A stretch of DNA of 45,262 nt, from the IMG/VR virus record IMGVR_UViG_3300037882_001138, positions 1 through 45,262 of that record. One strand, written 5' to 3'. The stretch comes from a virus (Duplodnaviria > Caudoviricetes). Every line of letters begins with the position of its first letter. Position 1 is the stretch's first letter. The notes beneath the pieces are model-generated. The model had not been told where the DNA came from, made no database searches, and was given only the letters and a program-made list of their open reading frames with translations. Made by a program: the position numbers and the translations under genes. Below, one piece after another: positions 7,628 to 16,382 of the stretch.

Positions 7628-7797
7628 TCCAAGTCCTGCGCACCGGCATGCGGGTGGTGTTGTCCAGTGGCAACGTGCTCACGCTGGTGCGCAGGGAGCG
7701 CGCCTACTGGGTGTGCGTTTACGTCGATGGGTGCAAGGCCCGTGGCGAGGTGGAGTTCAGCGGGGAATATCTGCGCAAATGGGGTAGGGAAGTATGA
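7624..7797 (+). CDS. 57-aa hypothetical protein
   Basis: Start reassigned to MIQVLRTG by ATGA overlap. Confidence 0.65.
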   Translation: MIQVLRTGMRVVLSSGNVLTLVRRERAYWVCVYVDGCKARGEVEFSGEYLRKWGREV

Positions 7798-8021
7798 TGC
7801 AACAAGAACCAGTGATTCACAGCCACATCACGGATGTCCTACCCGACAACCATCTGCAAGCGTTTCAGAACGTTTGCTGTGGGAACTGCGGGGTACTTGT
7901 GCACGCCTTCAACAACGAGTGTATGCAGACCTGGGTAGAGACTGGCCGCGGCGCTTTTTGCCTTCGCTGCTTTGCCATGACAAACAGCTATGGCGTTCTG
8001 GACGACGGGTTAGCGCTCTAA
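7794..8021 (+). CDS. 75-aa putative zinc-finger protein
   Basis: CGNC ... CLRC pairs; ATGA overlap. Confidence 0.65.
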   Translation: MMQQEPVIHSHITDVLPDNHLQAFQNVCCGNCGVLVHAFNNECMQTWVETGRGAFCLRCFAMTNSYGVLDDGLAL

Positions 8022-8048
8022 CTGTCTGTTCTTTAGCGCACTAAAAAC

Positions 8049-8066
8049 TTTACAATCTGCTACACT
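8049..8066 (+). promoter_or_regulatory. Rightward extended -10 promoter for the methylase/primase operon
   Basis: TTTACAATCTGCTACACT, same TTTA-N5-TGCTA(C/A)A(A/C)T pattern as the other early promoters. Confidence 0.6.
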
Positions 8067-8069
8067 CGT

Positions 8070-8183
8070 AGCGCCAACCGAAAGTTTAATCGTGTGCCCC
8101 TAGGTGGGGGCTGGGACTCTGTACACGCAGAGGAGGTTGGCGCTTCGCCCAGCCTCCACCTAGGTGCTTTCTGAAAGCGCCAA
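8070..8183 (+). ncRNA. c4/CI-like antisense RNA element in the leader of the replication operon
   Basis: 17-bp stem 8099-8115/8148-8164; enclosed GGTTGGCGCTT is complementary to both 8070-8079 and 8175-8183. Confidence 0.55.
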
Positions 8184-9269
8184 ATGTCTTTTTCACTTCA
8201 CTTAGGCAACTGCCTAGACACCCTCAAGTTGATGGCCGATAGCTCGGTCGATTCTATTGTCACAGACCCACCCTACGGACTGAGCTTCATGGGCAAGAAG
8301 TGGGACTACGACGTGCCTAGCGTGGAGATATGGGCCGAGTGCCTGCGCGTACTCAAGCCCGGTGGTCACTTGCTAGCCTTTGCTGGTACGCGTACACAGC
8401 ACCGGATGGCCGTGCGGATCGAGGACGCCGGGTTCGAGATACGCGACGTGATCGCGTGGGTTTACGGCTCGGGCTTTCCGAAGTCGCTGGACGTGAGCAA
8501 GGCGATTGACAAGGCGGCTGGCGCGGAGCGTGAGGTGGTGGGGCGAAATCCAAACGATCGAGACGCAAACAGCGCGATTGATTTCAATGGAAAGGGGAAC
8601 GGGTTTATCACCGCCCCCGCCACCGAAGCCGCCCGCCAGTGGCAAGGATGGGGCACAGCGCTCAAACCCGCCTTGGAGCCGATCACCGTTGCGCGCAAGC
8701 CGTTGGGGGGCACCGTGGCTGCGAACGTGCTGGAGCACGGCACGGGGGCGCTGAATATAGACGGGTGCCGGGTTGGGGGCGTCGAGTCGGGCCGCTGGCC
8801 CGCAAACCTGATCCATGACGGTAGCGACGAGGTGCTGGCGGGGTTTCCTGTGACCAAGAGCGGGGCGCTGACCGGCGGCACCAACGAGTACCAAAGCAGT
8901 GAAGGCAGCGCCGCCCGCTTTTTTTACTGCGCTAAGGCCAGCAAGAAAGACCGCGACGCCGGGTTGGAGGGGTTTGAGGAAAAAGCAGCACCAGCCAGCA
9001 GCGGCAATCGGTTGGAGCGGATGGGTAGCAAATCCGGTCCTCGCGCCAACATTCACCCAACGGTCAAACCCACTGACCTCATGGGCTACCTGTGCCGCCT
9101 TGTCACCCCGCCGGGGGGCATCGTACTTGATCCGTTCATGGGCTCGGGCAGCACGGGTAAGGCCGCTGTGCGCGAGGGCTTCCGCTTTATCGGCTGCGAG
9201 ATGAGCCCGGAGTACATGGCGATCGCCGACGCGCGCATAGCGTTTGAGCTCTATGGAGACCTGGCATGA
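8184..9269 (+). CDS. N4-cytosine/N6-adenine DNA methyltransferase (beta class)
   Basis: VTDPPYG, HPTVKP, VLDPFMGSGSTG. Confidence 0.93.
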   Translation: MSFSLHLGNCLDTLKLMADSSVDSIVTDPPYGLSFMGKKWDYDVPSVEIWAECLRVLKPGGHLLAFAGTRTQHRMAVRIEDAGFEIRDVIAWVYGSGFPKSLDVSKAIDKAAGAEREVVGRNPNDRDANSAIDFNGKGNGFITAPATEAARQWQGWGTALKPALEPITVARKPLGGTVAANVLEHGTGALNIDGCRVGGVESGRWPANLIHDGSDEVLAGFPVTKSGALTGGTNEYQSSEGSAARFFYCAKASKKDRDAGLEGFEEKAAPASSGNRLERMGSKSGPRANIHPTVKPTDLMGYLCRLVTPPGGIVLDPFMGSGSTGKAAVREGFRFIGCEMSPEYMAIADARIAFELYGDLA

Positions 9270-11221
9270 CCGCGGTCACCACCATCAAACCCCACATATC
9301 TAGCGTCGTGGCCCCCGACGAGATGCGCAACCTGCCAGGCTGGCTGGTGTGGCGCTTTGAGCACCACGAGGGTGAGGACAAGCCCCGCAAGGTGCCTTAC
9401 TACACCGGCGGGGCCAAGCGCCACGGCAAGCAAGGCGAGCCCCAAGACCTCCAGCAACTGACCACCTTCGACGCTGCGCGCACCGCCGCAGCCCGCCGTG
9501 GCTTTGATGGTGTGGGCTTCGTGCCACGACCTGAGTGGAATATCTGCGCGCTGGACTTCGACCACTGCGTCGTGAACGGCGAACTGCACCCAGACCTGGA
9601 GCCCATTGTCAGCGGCACCTACGCCGAGTACAGCCCCAGTGGCACGGGCGTGCGCGCTTTCGTCAAAGGCCAGTACGGCAACAGCAAGGCCAGGGGTGAG
9701 CCCTATGGGTTTGAGGTATTCAGTTCCAAGGGTTTTGTCACGTTCACGGGCAACCGGCTGGGCGTGGTGGACATCTTGGGCAACGCCAACACGGTGGCCA
9801 CGCTCGACGCTCCAGTGCGCGAGCTGTGCGGTCGGCGCTTTGCCAAGCCCGCCCCAGAGCTGCACGTCAGTGCTGGCGAGCCGGTAGGGCTCACTCCCAC
9901 TCAGATAGAGAGCTTGCTCGGCGCACTTAGCCCGAACCTACCGCATGATGAATGGTTGTCGGTGGGTATGGGCCTGCACCACGAGACCCAAGGCGAGGGC
10001 TTTGACTACTGGTGCGACTGGTCGGAGCTTGGCGACAAGTTCCCCGGGCGTGAGGTGTTGCTACAACGTTGGTCCAGCTTCGGCAAGAACCACGACCGCA
10101 CTGTCACTATCCGCACGGCCATGAAAATGGCGGGCATGAGCCCCAACACCTCGGCCAGTGCCGATGAGTTTGAGAGCTTGGTCGATACGCCAGCGCCGGA
10201 AGCCAAGCCCCCGCGCTTCAACTTCGAGCCCGTCCACCAGTTCAGCAGCACCACCGCGCTGCCTTGGATCATCAAGGGCGTGCTGCCCAAGGCGGGGATG
10301 GGCGTGGTCTATGGCGCCAGCGGTTCGGGTAAGTCCTTCGCGGTGCTGGATATGGGCATGGCGATAGCCAGGGGCGTGGAGTGGCGCGGGCGCAGGGTCA
10401 AGCAGGGCAGGGTGGCCTACATCGCTGCCGAGGGTGCTGACGGCTTTAGGAAGCGCGTGGCCGCCTACGCCCAGCACAACGCCGTAGACCTGAGCTCAGT
10501 GCCCATGACGGTACTCAACGCCACGCCCAACCTATTAGAGAAGCAGGACGCAGTGGACGTAGCCAAAGGCATTAAGGCCAGCGGTGGCGCTGACCTCATC
10601 ATTGTGGACACGTTTGCCCAGACCACCCCGGGGGCCAACGAGAACGCGGGCGAGGACGTGGGCAAGGCGCTGGGCTACTGCAAGCGTATCCACGAGGTCA
10701 CAGGGGCTATGGTGCTGCTCATCCACCACTCGGGCAAGGACGCCACCAAGGGTGCCAGGGGCTGGTCAGGGTTACGGGCTGCTGCTGACGCCGAGATCGA
10801 AGTGGTGCGCGAGGGCGATGCCAGGGCGTTGCGCCTAACTAAGAGCAAGGACGGCGAGGACGGGCTGCTGTGGGGCTTCGCCCTTGAGGTGGTGCAGTTG
10901 GGACTGGACGAGGACTTAGACCCCATAACCAGCTGCATCGTGGTTGAGGCTGCGGTGCCGACCGTGGGCGGGGTGACCCTGAAAAAACTAGGCCCAGTTG
11001 AGGCCATCGTGAACGCCGTGATCCAAGAGTTTGCCATCGCTCAGACCAGTGGCATCGAGGTAGGGCCAGTCATTGCAGAGGCGGTGAAACGCATGGACCC
11101 ACCGGCCGATGGCAAGCGGGATTCACGTAAGCAACGTGTAAGAAGGGCGCTTGAAGCACTCACGGCAGGCGACGAAGCGCCTTATTGGATAGGGGACGAC
11201 AAGTGCATAACGGTGTGCTGA
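9266..11221 (+). CDS. Primase-helicase (prim-pol N-domain, PriCT-2, AAA_25/RepA-like helicase)
   Basis: ALDFDHC, EYSPSGTGVR; WLSVGMGLH..WCDWS; Walker A GASGSGKS, IIVDT, LIHHSGKD..RGWS. Confidence 0.92.
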   Translation: MTAVTTIKPHISSVVAPDEMRNLPGWLVWRFEHHEGEDKPRKVPYYTGGAKRHGKQGEPQDLQQLTTFDAARTAAARRGFDGVGFVPRPEWNICALDFDHCVVNGELHPDLEPIVSGTYAEYSPSGTGVRAFVKGQYGNSKARGEPYGFEVFSSKGFVTFTGNRLGVVDILGNANTVATLDAPVRELCGRRFAKPAPELHVSAGEPVGLTPTQIESLLGALSPNLPHDEWLSVGMGLHHETQGEGFDYWCDWSELGDKFPGREVLLQRWSSFGKNHDRTVTIRTAMKMAGMSPNTSASADEFESLVDTPAPEAKPPRFNFEPVHQFSSTTALPWIIKGVLPKAGMGVVYGASGSGKSFAVLDMGMAIARGVEWRGRRVKQGRVAYIAAEGADGFRKRVAAYAQHNAVDLSSVPMTVLNATPNLLEKQDAVDVAKGIKASGGADLIIVDTFAQTTPGANENAGEDVGKALGYCKRIHEVTGAMVLLIHHSGKDATKGARGWSGLRAAADAEIEVVREGDARALRLTKSKDGEDGLLWGFALEVVQLGLDEDLDPITSCIVVEAAVPTVGGVTLKKLGPVEAIVNAVIQEFAIAQTSGIEVGPVIAEAVKRMDPPADGKRDSRKQRVRRALEALTAGDEAPYWIGDDKCITVC

Positions 11222-11247
11222 ACGTGCAGTTCTATGCGGATTGGCAC

Positions 11248-11354
11248 TGCAACGTGCAACGCGACTGCAACGTTGCACCGTGTTGCAGTGTTGCGCAGCT
11301 TCAAAAAGTGCAACGCAACGCAACGCCGCCCTATAGGGGCGTTGCAGTGTTGCA
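11248..11354. repeat. GCAAC/GTTGC iteron-like cluster, putative replication origin
   Basis: 11 copies in two converging groups directly after the primase-helicase stop; includes palindrome TGCAACGTTGCA. Confidence 0.65.
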
Positions 11355-11429
11355 CTGAAGCGGTCGAAAAACGGGTCGAATGAGCAAAGTTTTACGTGTT
11401 CGTGGACTGGTAAAAGAAAGGCGCAAAAA

Positions 11430-11669
11430 ATGCAGAAACTGGTTGAACTCAACGAAAACGGACGTCGCATTGGCCAACACCACCCTCGGGCAAAACTCTT
11501 GAACGCGGAGGTAGAGCAGGTGCTGGACTTGCTGGACAGTGGGCTAAGCTATTCGGCGGTGGCGGCAAAGATGGACGTGAGCAAGTCCTGCGTGCAGCAC
11601 ATAGCCAACGGCTCACGGCGCAGCCAGATCGTGGCGCGGGTGGTCAAGAAGGTATCCGTGTCGGTGTAG
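11430..11669 (+). CDS. Small HTH protein, candidate late-transcription activator
   Basis: GQHHPRAKL..EVEQV..GLSYSAVAAKMDVSKSCVQHI helix-turn-helix; last gene before the late region. Confidence 0.75.
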   Translation: MQKLVELNENGRRIGQHHPRAKLLNAEVEQVLDLLDSGLSYSAVAAKMDVSKSCVQHIANGSRRSQIVARVVKKVSVSV

Positions 11670-11683
11670 CACGGCGCTAAAGT
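11651..11683 (+). promoter_or_regulatory. Late promoter 1 (terminase)
   Basis: GGTATCCGTG-N17-TAAAGT; ATG 7 nt downstream. Confidence 0.8.
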
Positions 11684-11690
11684 CTCTGAC

Positions 11691-12233
11691 ATGGCCCCTA
11701 AACCCTTTGATTGGAAACCCGTCTACTTGGCAGCCCTGCGTGAAGTTCCTGTGATTGCTCATGCGTGCAAAGCCGTGGGCATAGATCGCACGACAGCTTG
11801 GCGCTTGCGGGAATCCGACGAGGAGTTCGCCAAGGCCGAGCAGGAAGCCATGGAGGACGGTGTGGACCGCGCCGAGGCGGAAGCCTTCAGGCGAGGCGCT
11901 GTGGGCTTTGAGGAGCCTGTCCTAGACAAGGGCCGTCTGTCCTACAGATACGAGCGCTACGAGGTCGAGGACGCGGACGGCAAGAAGCAGGAACAGTGGC
12001 GCATGGTACTGGACGACAACGGCCAGCCTATTCCGCTCACCGTGCGCAAGCACAGCGACGCACTACTAGCCTTGGTGCTCAAGGGCAGGCGCAAGAAGGT
12101 CTACGCAGAACGCACCGAGATCACGGGCGCCGACGGCGGGCCCATGGTTGTGGACGAAGCCACCCGCAGCGCCCGCGTAGCCCAACTGCTGGCCCTAGCG
12201 GCACAGCGCAAAGACTTTGAGGACTTGGCATGA
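11691..12233 (+). CDS. terS: Terminase small subunit
   Basis: N-terminal HTH (ACKAVGIDRTTAWRLR), EAEAFRRG, RKHSDALL..LKG, EITGADGGP; position upstream of TerL. Confidence 0.82.
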   Translation: MAPKPFDWKPVYLAALREVPVIAHACKAVGIDRTTAWRLRESDEEFAKAEQEAMEDGVDRAEAEAFRRGAVGFEEPVLDKGRLSYRYERYEVEDADGKKQEQWRMVLDDNGQPIPLTVRKHSDALLALVLKGRRKKVYAERTEITGADGGPMVVDEATRSARVAQLLALAAQRKDFEDLA

Positions 12234-12379
12234 TCGAAATTATCGGATTCATAGGTTTCGGCCTTTTGGCAGTGGCTGCCGTGTTTGTGCTGATCGTCGG
12301 GGGCTTCGCCACCTACGTGCGTTGGCGCGGCATTTTGTCGGGCGAATGGAGCCCCTTGGACGAACTCGGCATCCGATGA
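12230..12379 (+). CDS. 49-aa single-TM protein between terS and terL (not in ORF track)
   Basis: MIEIIGFIGFGLLAVAAVFVLIVGGFATYVRWRGILSGEWSPLDELGIR; GAGG RBS; ATGA overlaps on both sides. Confidence 0.72.
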   Translation: MIEIIGFIGFGLLAVAAVFVLIVGGFATYVRWRGILSGEWSPLDELGIR

Positions 12380-13980
12380 CCCCAGCCCAAGCGCGCGAGC
12401 TTGAGCGCTACCTGACCCCCAAAGAACGTGAGGAGCTGCACGCCCTCGTGGCTGCGGACATCAAGGCCGCCAAGTGGCGCCCACTACCCGGCCCTCAGAC
12501 AATGGCCTACCAGTCCAAGGCCGACGTGATTGGCTTCGGTGGTGCCGCCGGCGGGGGCAAGACAGACCTAGCCGTGGGGCTGGCCATCACCGAGCACTAC
12601 CGCACGCAGTTCTTTAGGCGCGAAGGCCCGCAGCTCACGGGCGTGATTGACCGCCTGGCCGAGATCGTGGGTACGCGCGACGCCATCAACGGCAAGCCAG
12701 CGGTGTACCGCGACGCCGACGACAGGCTGATCGAGTTCAACTCCATGCCCAACCTGGGCGACGAGACCAAATACCAAGGCCGACCCAAGGACTTGCTGGT
12801 CATCGACGAGGCCGCCAACTTCTTGGAGCAGCAGGTACGCTTCGTCAAGGGCTGGGTGCGTACCACACGCCCCGGCCAACGCACGCGCACGCTGCTGACC
12901 TTCAACCCACCCACCAACGCCGAAGGGCGCTGGGTAATCGACTTCTTTGCCCCGTGGCTGGACAAGAAGCACAGCCTGTACCCCACCGAGCCGGGCAAAC
13001 TGCGCTATGTCTATGTGGACCCCGAGACGGGGAAGGACGTGTGGATCGCTGACGACGATGGGCGTGAGTTCGTCTTCCAAGGTGCTGAGCGCGTGCACGA
13101 GTTCGACCGCAGCAAGTACCGGCCCGAGGAGATCATCCGCCCTGAATCGCGCACCTTCGTGCCCTCACGCATCACGGATAACCCGTTCCTCGTGTCCACG
13201 GGCTACATGGCGCAGCTCCAAGCCCTGCCCGAACCCCTGCGCAGCCAGATGCTGCTAGGTGACTTCCAAGCGGGCATTGAGGATGACCCGTGGCAGGTGA
13301 TCCCTACCCGCTGGGTGGAGATCGCACAGGAACGCTGGAAGGAGCGCGCACGCAAGGGCGAGCTACTGTCCATGGGCGTGGATGTGGCCCGAGGAGGCAA
13401 GGACAACACGGTCATAGCAAAGCGCTACAAGACCGAGGACACCGACCACTGGTACGACCGGCTCAAGATGCACCCAGGTACAGAGACACCGAACGGACGC
13501 ATCGTTGCGGGCTTGGTCATTGCTGAGCACCGAGACCATGCACCCATCCACCTCGACGTGATTGGGGTAGGGGCCAGCCCCTACGACGTGCTGACGGAGG
13601 CCAGCCAGCCCGTGTATGGCGTGAACGTGAGCGAGAAGGCCACGGCCATGGACAAGTCTGGGCGCTTGTCGTTTTTCAACCTGCGCAGCCAATCGTGGTG
13701 GCAGATGCGCGAAGACCTCGACCCGGACGCCGAGAACGGTATTTGCCTGCCTCCCGATCCGGACTTGCTCAAGGAGCTATGTGCCCCACGCTGGGAGTTG
13801 TCGGGCATGACCATCAAGGTCGAGTCCCGCGAGGACATCATCGACCGCGTAGGCCGCAGCCCCGACCGGGCGAGCGCGCTGATCCTTGCACGCATGGATA
13901 CACCCAAGGTGCCAGCACTGCGCTACCTGAACCGAGAAGCCACGCCGGACAACGTGCTCGACTGGAATCCATACAAGTAG
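12376..13980 (+). CDS. terL: Terminase large subunit
   Basis: Walker A GGAAGGGKT, Walker B LVIDEA, TFNP, nuclease MGVDVARGGKD; start reassigned to MTPAQ. Confidence 0.94.
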   Translation: MTPAQARELERYLTPKEREELHALVAADIKAAKWRPLPGPQTMAYQSKADVIGFGGAAGGGKTDLAVGLAITEHYRTQFFRREGPQLTGVIDRLAEIVGTRDAINGKPAVYRDADDRLIEFNSMPNLGDETKYQGRPKDLLVIDEAANFLEQQVRFVKGWVRTTRPGQRTRTLLTFNPPTNAEGRWVIDFFAPWLDKKHSLYPTEPGKLRYVYVDPETGKDVWIADDDGREFVFQGAERVHEFDRSKYRPEEIIRPESRTFVPSRITDNPFLVSTGYMAQLQALPEPLRSQMLLGDFQAGIEDDPWQVIPTRWVEIAQERWKERARKGELLSMGVDVARGGKDNTVIAKRYKTEDTDHWYDRLKMHPGTETPNGRIVAGLVIAEHRDHAPIHLDVIGVGASPYDVLTEASQPVYGVNVSEKATAMDKSGRLSFFNLRSQSWWQMREDLDPDAENGICLPPDPDLLKELCAPRWELSGMTIKVESREDIIDRVGRSPDRASALILARMDTPKVPALRYLNREATPDNVLDWNPYK

Positions 13981-14013
13981 GGTATCCGTGTCGCAACGGC
14001 ACGCACTTACGAT
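13981..14013 (+). promoter_or_regulatory. Late promoter 2 (portal operon)
   Basis: GGTATCCGTG-N17-TACGAT. Confidence 0.82.
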
Positions 14014-14043
14014 GCGCGAGAACCTACCAAGGAAACCCGCGCC

Positions 14044-14247
14044 ATGTGCCTGCCATCTAGCCCCAACATTCCGCCCCCACCTCCGCCTCCCCAGGCTGTC
14101 AAGCAGCCTGACGCTGCGGTGGCTACGGAGACGTTCAAAAAGAACCGCGCGTCCTCGGCAATGGGTGGTGGCTCCCTGCTCACCGGCCCGAGCGGTGTCG
14201 CTAACTCGGCCCTGACCACGGGCAAGACCACACTGCTGGGCGGGTAA
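14044..14247 (+). CDS. Small Pro-rich virion protein (pre-portal, T7 gp7.3-like position)
   Basis: MC..PPPPPP..SLLTGPSGV..GKTTLLGG, typical of podoviral pre-portal proteins; AAGGA RBS. Confidence 0.8.
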   Translation: MCLPSSPNIPPPPPPPQAVKQPDAAVATETFKKNRASSAMGGGSLLTGPSGVANSALTTGKTTLLGG

Positions 14248-14249
14248 CG

Positions 14250-14396
14250 GTGACGCAAACATTCATTGCCCACGTTATGGCGCTGTACGTGTCGGGGGTA
14301 TGGACGCACGGCGCACCCGCCGGGCGAGAGCTTTACTACCGAACACGCGCCGCGGTCACCTACGACCGTACGTTTGATATCGCGAAGGCCGGGTAA
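14250..14396 (+). CDS. Possible 48-aa hypothetical protein
   Basis: GTG-started ORF exactly filling the gap, with TAATG overlap to the portal; weak RBS. Confidence 0.35.
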   Translation: MTQTFIAHVMALYVSGVWTHGAPAGRELYYRTRAAVTYDRTFDIAKAG

Positions 14397-16081
14397 TGGA
14401 CGAACCCATCAACAAACGCCAGCGCATCCTCGCGCGCAAGTCTGCGCTGTGGACCGAGCGCTCTAGCTGGGTCACGCATTGGCGTGAGATCAGCGAGCAG
14501 CAACAGCCACGCGCTGGGCGTTTCGTTGTCACTGACCGCAACAAGGGTGATAAGCGCTCGAACACCATCCTCGACAACACCGCCGTGTTCGGCGCACGAA
14601 CCTTGGCCGCGGGCATGATGTCGGGCATGACCAGTCCCGCGCGCCCATGGTTCCGGCTGGAACTCAAAGACAAGGACCTCATGGAGAACGGCGCGGTGAA
14701 GGCTTGGCTGCATGACACTGCCACGTTGATCCGCGCCATCTTTGCCAGCTCCAACACCTACCGCAGCCTGCACAGCATCTACGAGGAGCTGGGCCTGTTC
14801 GGCACCGCTGCCGCCATCGTGTTGCCCGACTACGAGAACGTGCTGCATCACTACACCATGACCATTGGCGAGTACGCACTGGGCACCAACTACAAGGGCG
14901 AGGTGGACACCGTTTGCCGCGAGTTCCAGATGCAGGTAGGCCAGATGGTCGGCCAGTTCACGCTCAACAACGTGAGCCAGACCGTGCGCGACCTGTACAA
15001 CAGGGGCAACCTCGACGCCTGGGTGGACGTGGTGCACATGATCCAGCCCCGCAAAGACCGCGACACCTCCAAGCTCGACGCCAAGAATATGAAGTTCGAG
15101 TCGTGCTACATCGAGCCAGGCAAGGATCAGTACGACAAGTACCTGAGCGAGTCAGGCTTCAAGCGGTTTCCTGCGCTGACCCCGCGCTGGGTCGTGACAG
15201 GCAACGACATCTACGGCACCAGCCCCGGCATGGAATGCTTGGGTGACGTGAAGCAGTTGCAGCACCAGCAGCTGCGCAAGGGCCAAGCCATTGACTACCA
15301 GGTTAACCCACCCCTGCAAGTGCCCACCAAGTACAAGGAAGCCAGCAAGGCGCGCCTGCCCGGTGGTGTGTTCTACGTGGACAGCATGGGCCAGAACGCC
15401 GGAGTGCGCTCGGCCTTTGAGGTCAACCTGAACCTGCAGCACTTGATGCTGGACATTCAGGACGTGCGCGAACGCATCCGCCAGTCGTACTACGCCGACC
15501 TGTTCATGATGTTGGCCAACGACACCCGCAGCGGTATCACCGCTACTGAGGTGGCCGAGCGCCACGAAGAGAAGCTGCTCATGCTTGGCCCCGTACTGGA
15601 GCGCCTGCAGAACGAGCTACTGGCCCCGATGATCGACACAGCCTTCGACTATGCCGAGTCCGCCGGCATCCTGCCCCCACCTCCACGCGAGCTGGAAGGC
15701 ATGGAGATCAAGGTCGAGTTCATATCCGTGCTGGCACAAGCCCAGCGTGCAGTCGCGTCGCAAGGCGTTGATCGCCTGCTTGGCACTGTGGGCCAACTGG
15801 CAGGGCTCAAGCCCGACGTGCTGGACAAGATCGACTTCGACCAGGTTATCGACGACTACGGCGATATGTACGGGGTAAACCCCAAGATCATCATCCCCGA
15901 CGACGCAGTGGCCGCCATGCGACAGCAGCGTGCGCAGGTCGCGCAGCAAGCTCAGGCGGGCGCCGCACTTCAGCCGATGGTTGAGGCCGCCAAGACAGCG
16001 GGAGAGATCGATATGCAAGGCGTGCAGGATGTCATGCAGTCATTGCAAGGCTACGGCACGGTCAACGGCGCAACAGTTTAA
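14396..16081 (+). CDS. Portal (head-tail connector) protein, T7/BPP-1 type
   Basis: LAAGMMSGMTSPARPWFRL, FGTA, YGTSPGM, TATEVAER.EEKL.MLGPVLERL. Confidence 0.93.
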   Translation: MDEPINKRQRILARKSALWTERSSWVTHWREISEQQQPRAGRFVVTDRNKGDKRSNTILDNTAVFGARTLAAGMMSGMTSPARPWFRLELKDKDLMENGAVKAWLHDTATLIRAIFASSNTYRSLHSIYEELGLFGTAAAIVLPDYENVLHHYTMTIGEYALGTNYKGEVDTVCREFQMQVGQMVGQFTLNNVSQTVRDLYNRGNLDAWVDVVHMIQPRKDRDTSKLDAKNMKFESCYIEPGKDQYDKYLSESGFKRFPALTPRWVVTGNDIYGTSPGMECLGDVKQLQHQQLRKGQAIDYQVNPPLQVPTKYKEASKARLPGGVFYVDSMGQNAGVRSAFEVNLNLQHLMLDIQDVRERIRQSYYADLFMMLANDTRSGITATEVAERHEEKLLMLGPVLERLQNELLAPMIDTAFDYAESAGILPPPPRELEGMEIKVEFISVLAQAQRAVASQGVDRLLGTVGQLAGLKPDVLDKIDFDQVIDDYGDMYGVNPKIIIPDDAVAAMRQQRAQVAQQAQAGAALQPMVEAAKTAGEIDMQGVQDVMQSLQGYGTVNGATV

Positions 16082-16091
16082 GGAGCACATC

Positions 16092-16382
16092 ATGGAATTC
16101 CAAGAGATCAGTCTAGCCCTCGGTGGCCCAGGCCAATCGCAAGCGGTATCAATCAGCACCACCAGCGTACAGAGCACGGCTATCACCACCGGCACCGCCG
16201 TGGTAACCCCGTCCGTTGAATGCTTCGTTCGATACGGCTCCAACCCGACGGCACTGTCCGACGGCACCGATCAGATTCTGCTAGCAAACGTCATGTACCG
16301 CTTGGCGTTCCCCACCGGTAGCAAGCTCGCGTTCAAGACCACCAGCGGTACCGGCACGGTCTACATCACCCCAGGGGCGTAA
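16092..16382 (+). CDS. 96-aa beta-rich virion protein, probable head-fibre base
   Basis: AAGGAG RBS; small Ser/Thr-rich beta protein directly upstream of an MLGLG-starting fibre. Confidence 0.7.
   Translation: MEFQEISLALGGPGQSQAVSISTTSVQSTAITTGTAVVTPSVECFVRYGSNPTALSDGTDQILLANVMYRLAFPTGSKLAFKTTSGTGTVYITPGA

Noticed and set aside
6613-9269. Restriction-modification system
   Set aside because: Both methyltransferases are orphans; no cognate endonuclease is adjacent.
12217-12375. N-terminal extension of TerL from the ORF track
   Set aside because: Better explained by the overlapping 49-aa TM ORF and an ATGA-coupled start at 12376.
15721-15753. Seventh late promoter (CATATCCGTG)
   Set aside because: Intragenic, mismatched box, and the hexamer at 17 nt is TGCAGT rather than TAnnnT.
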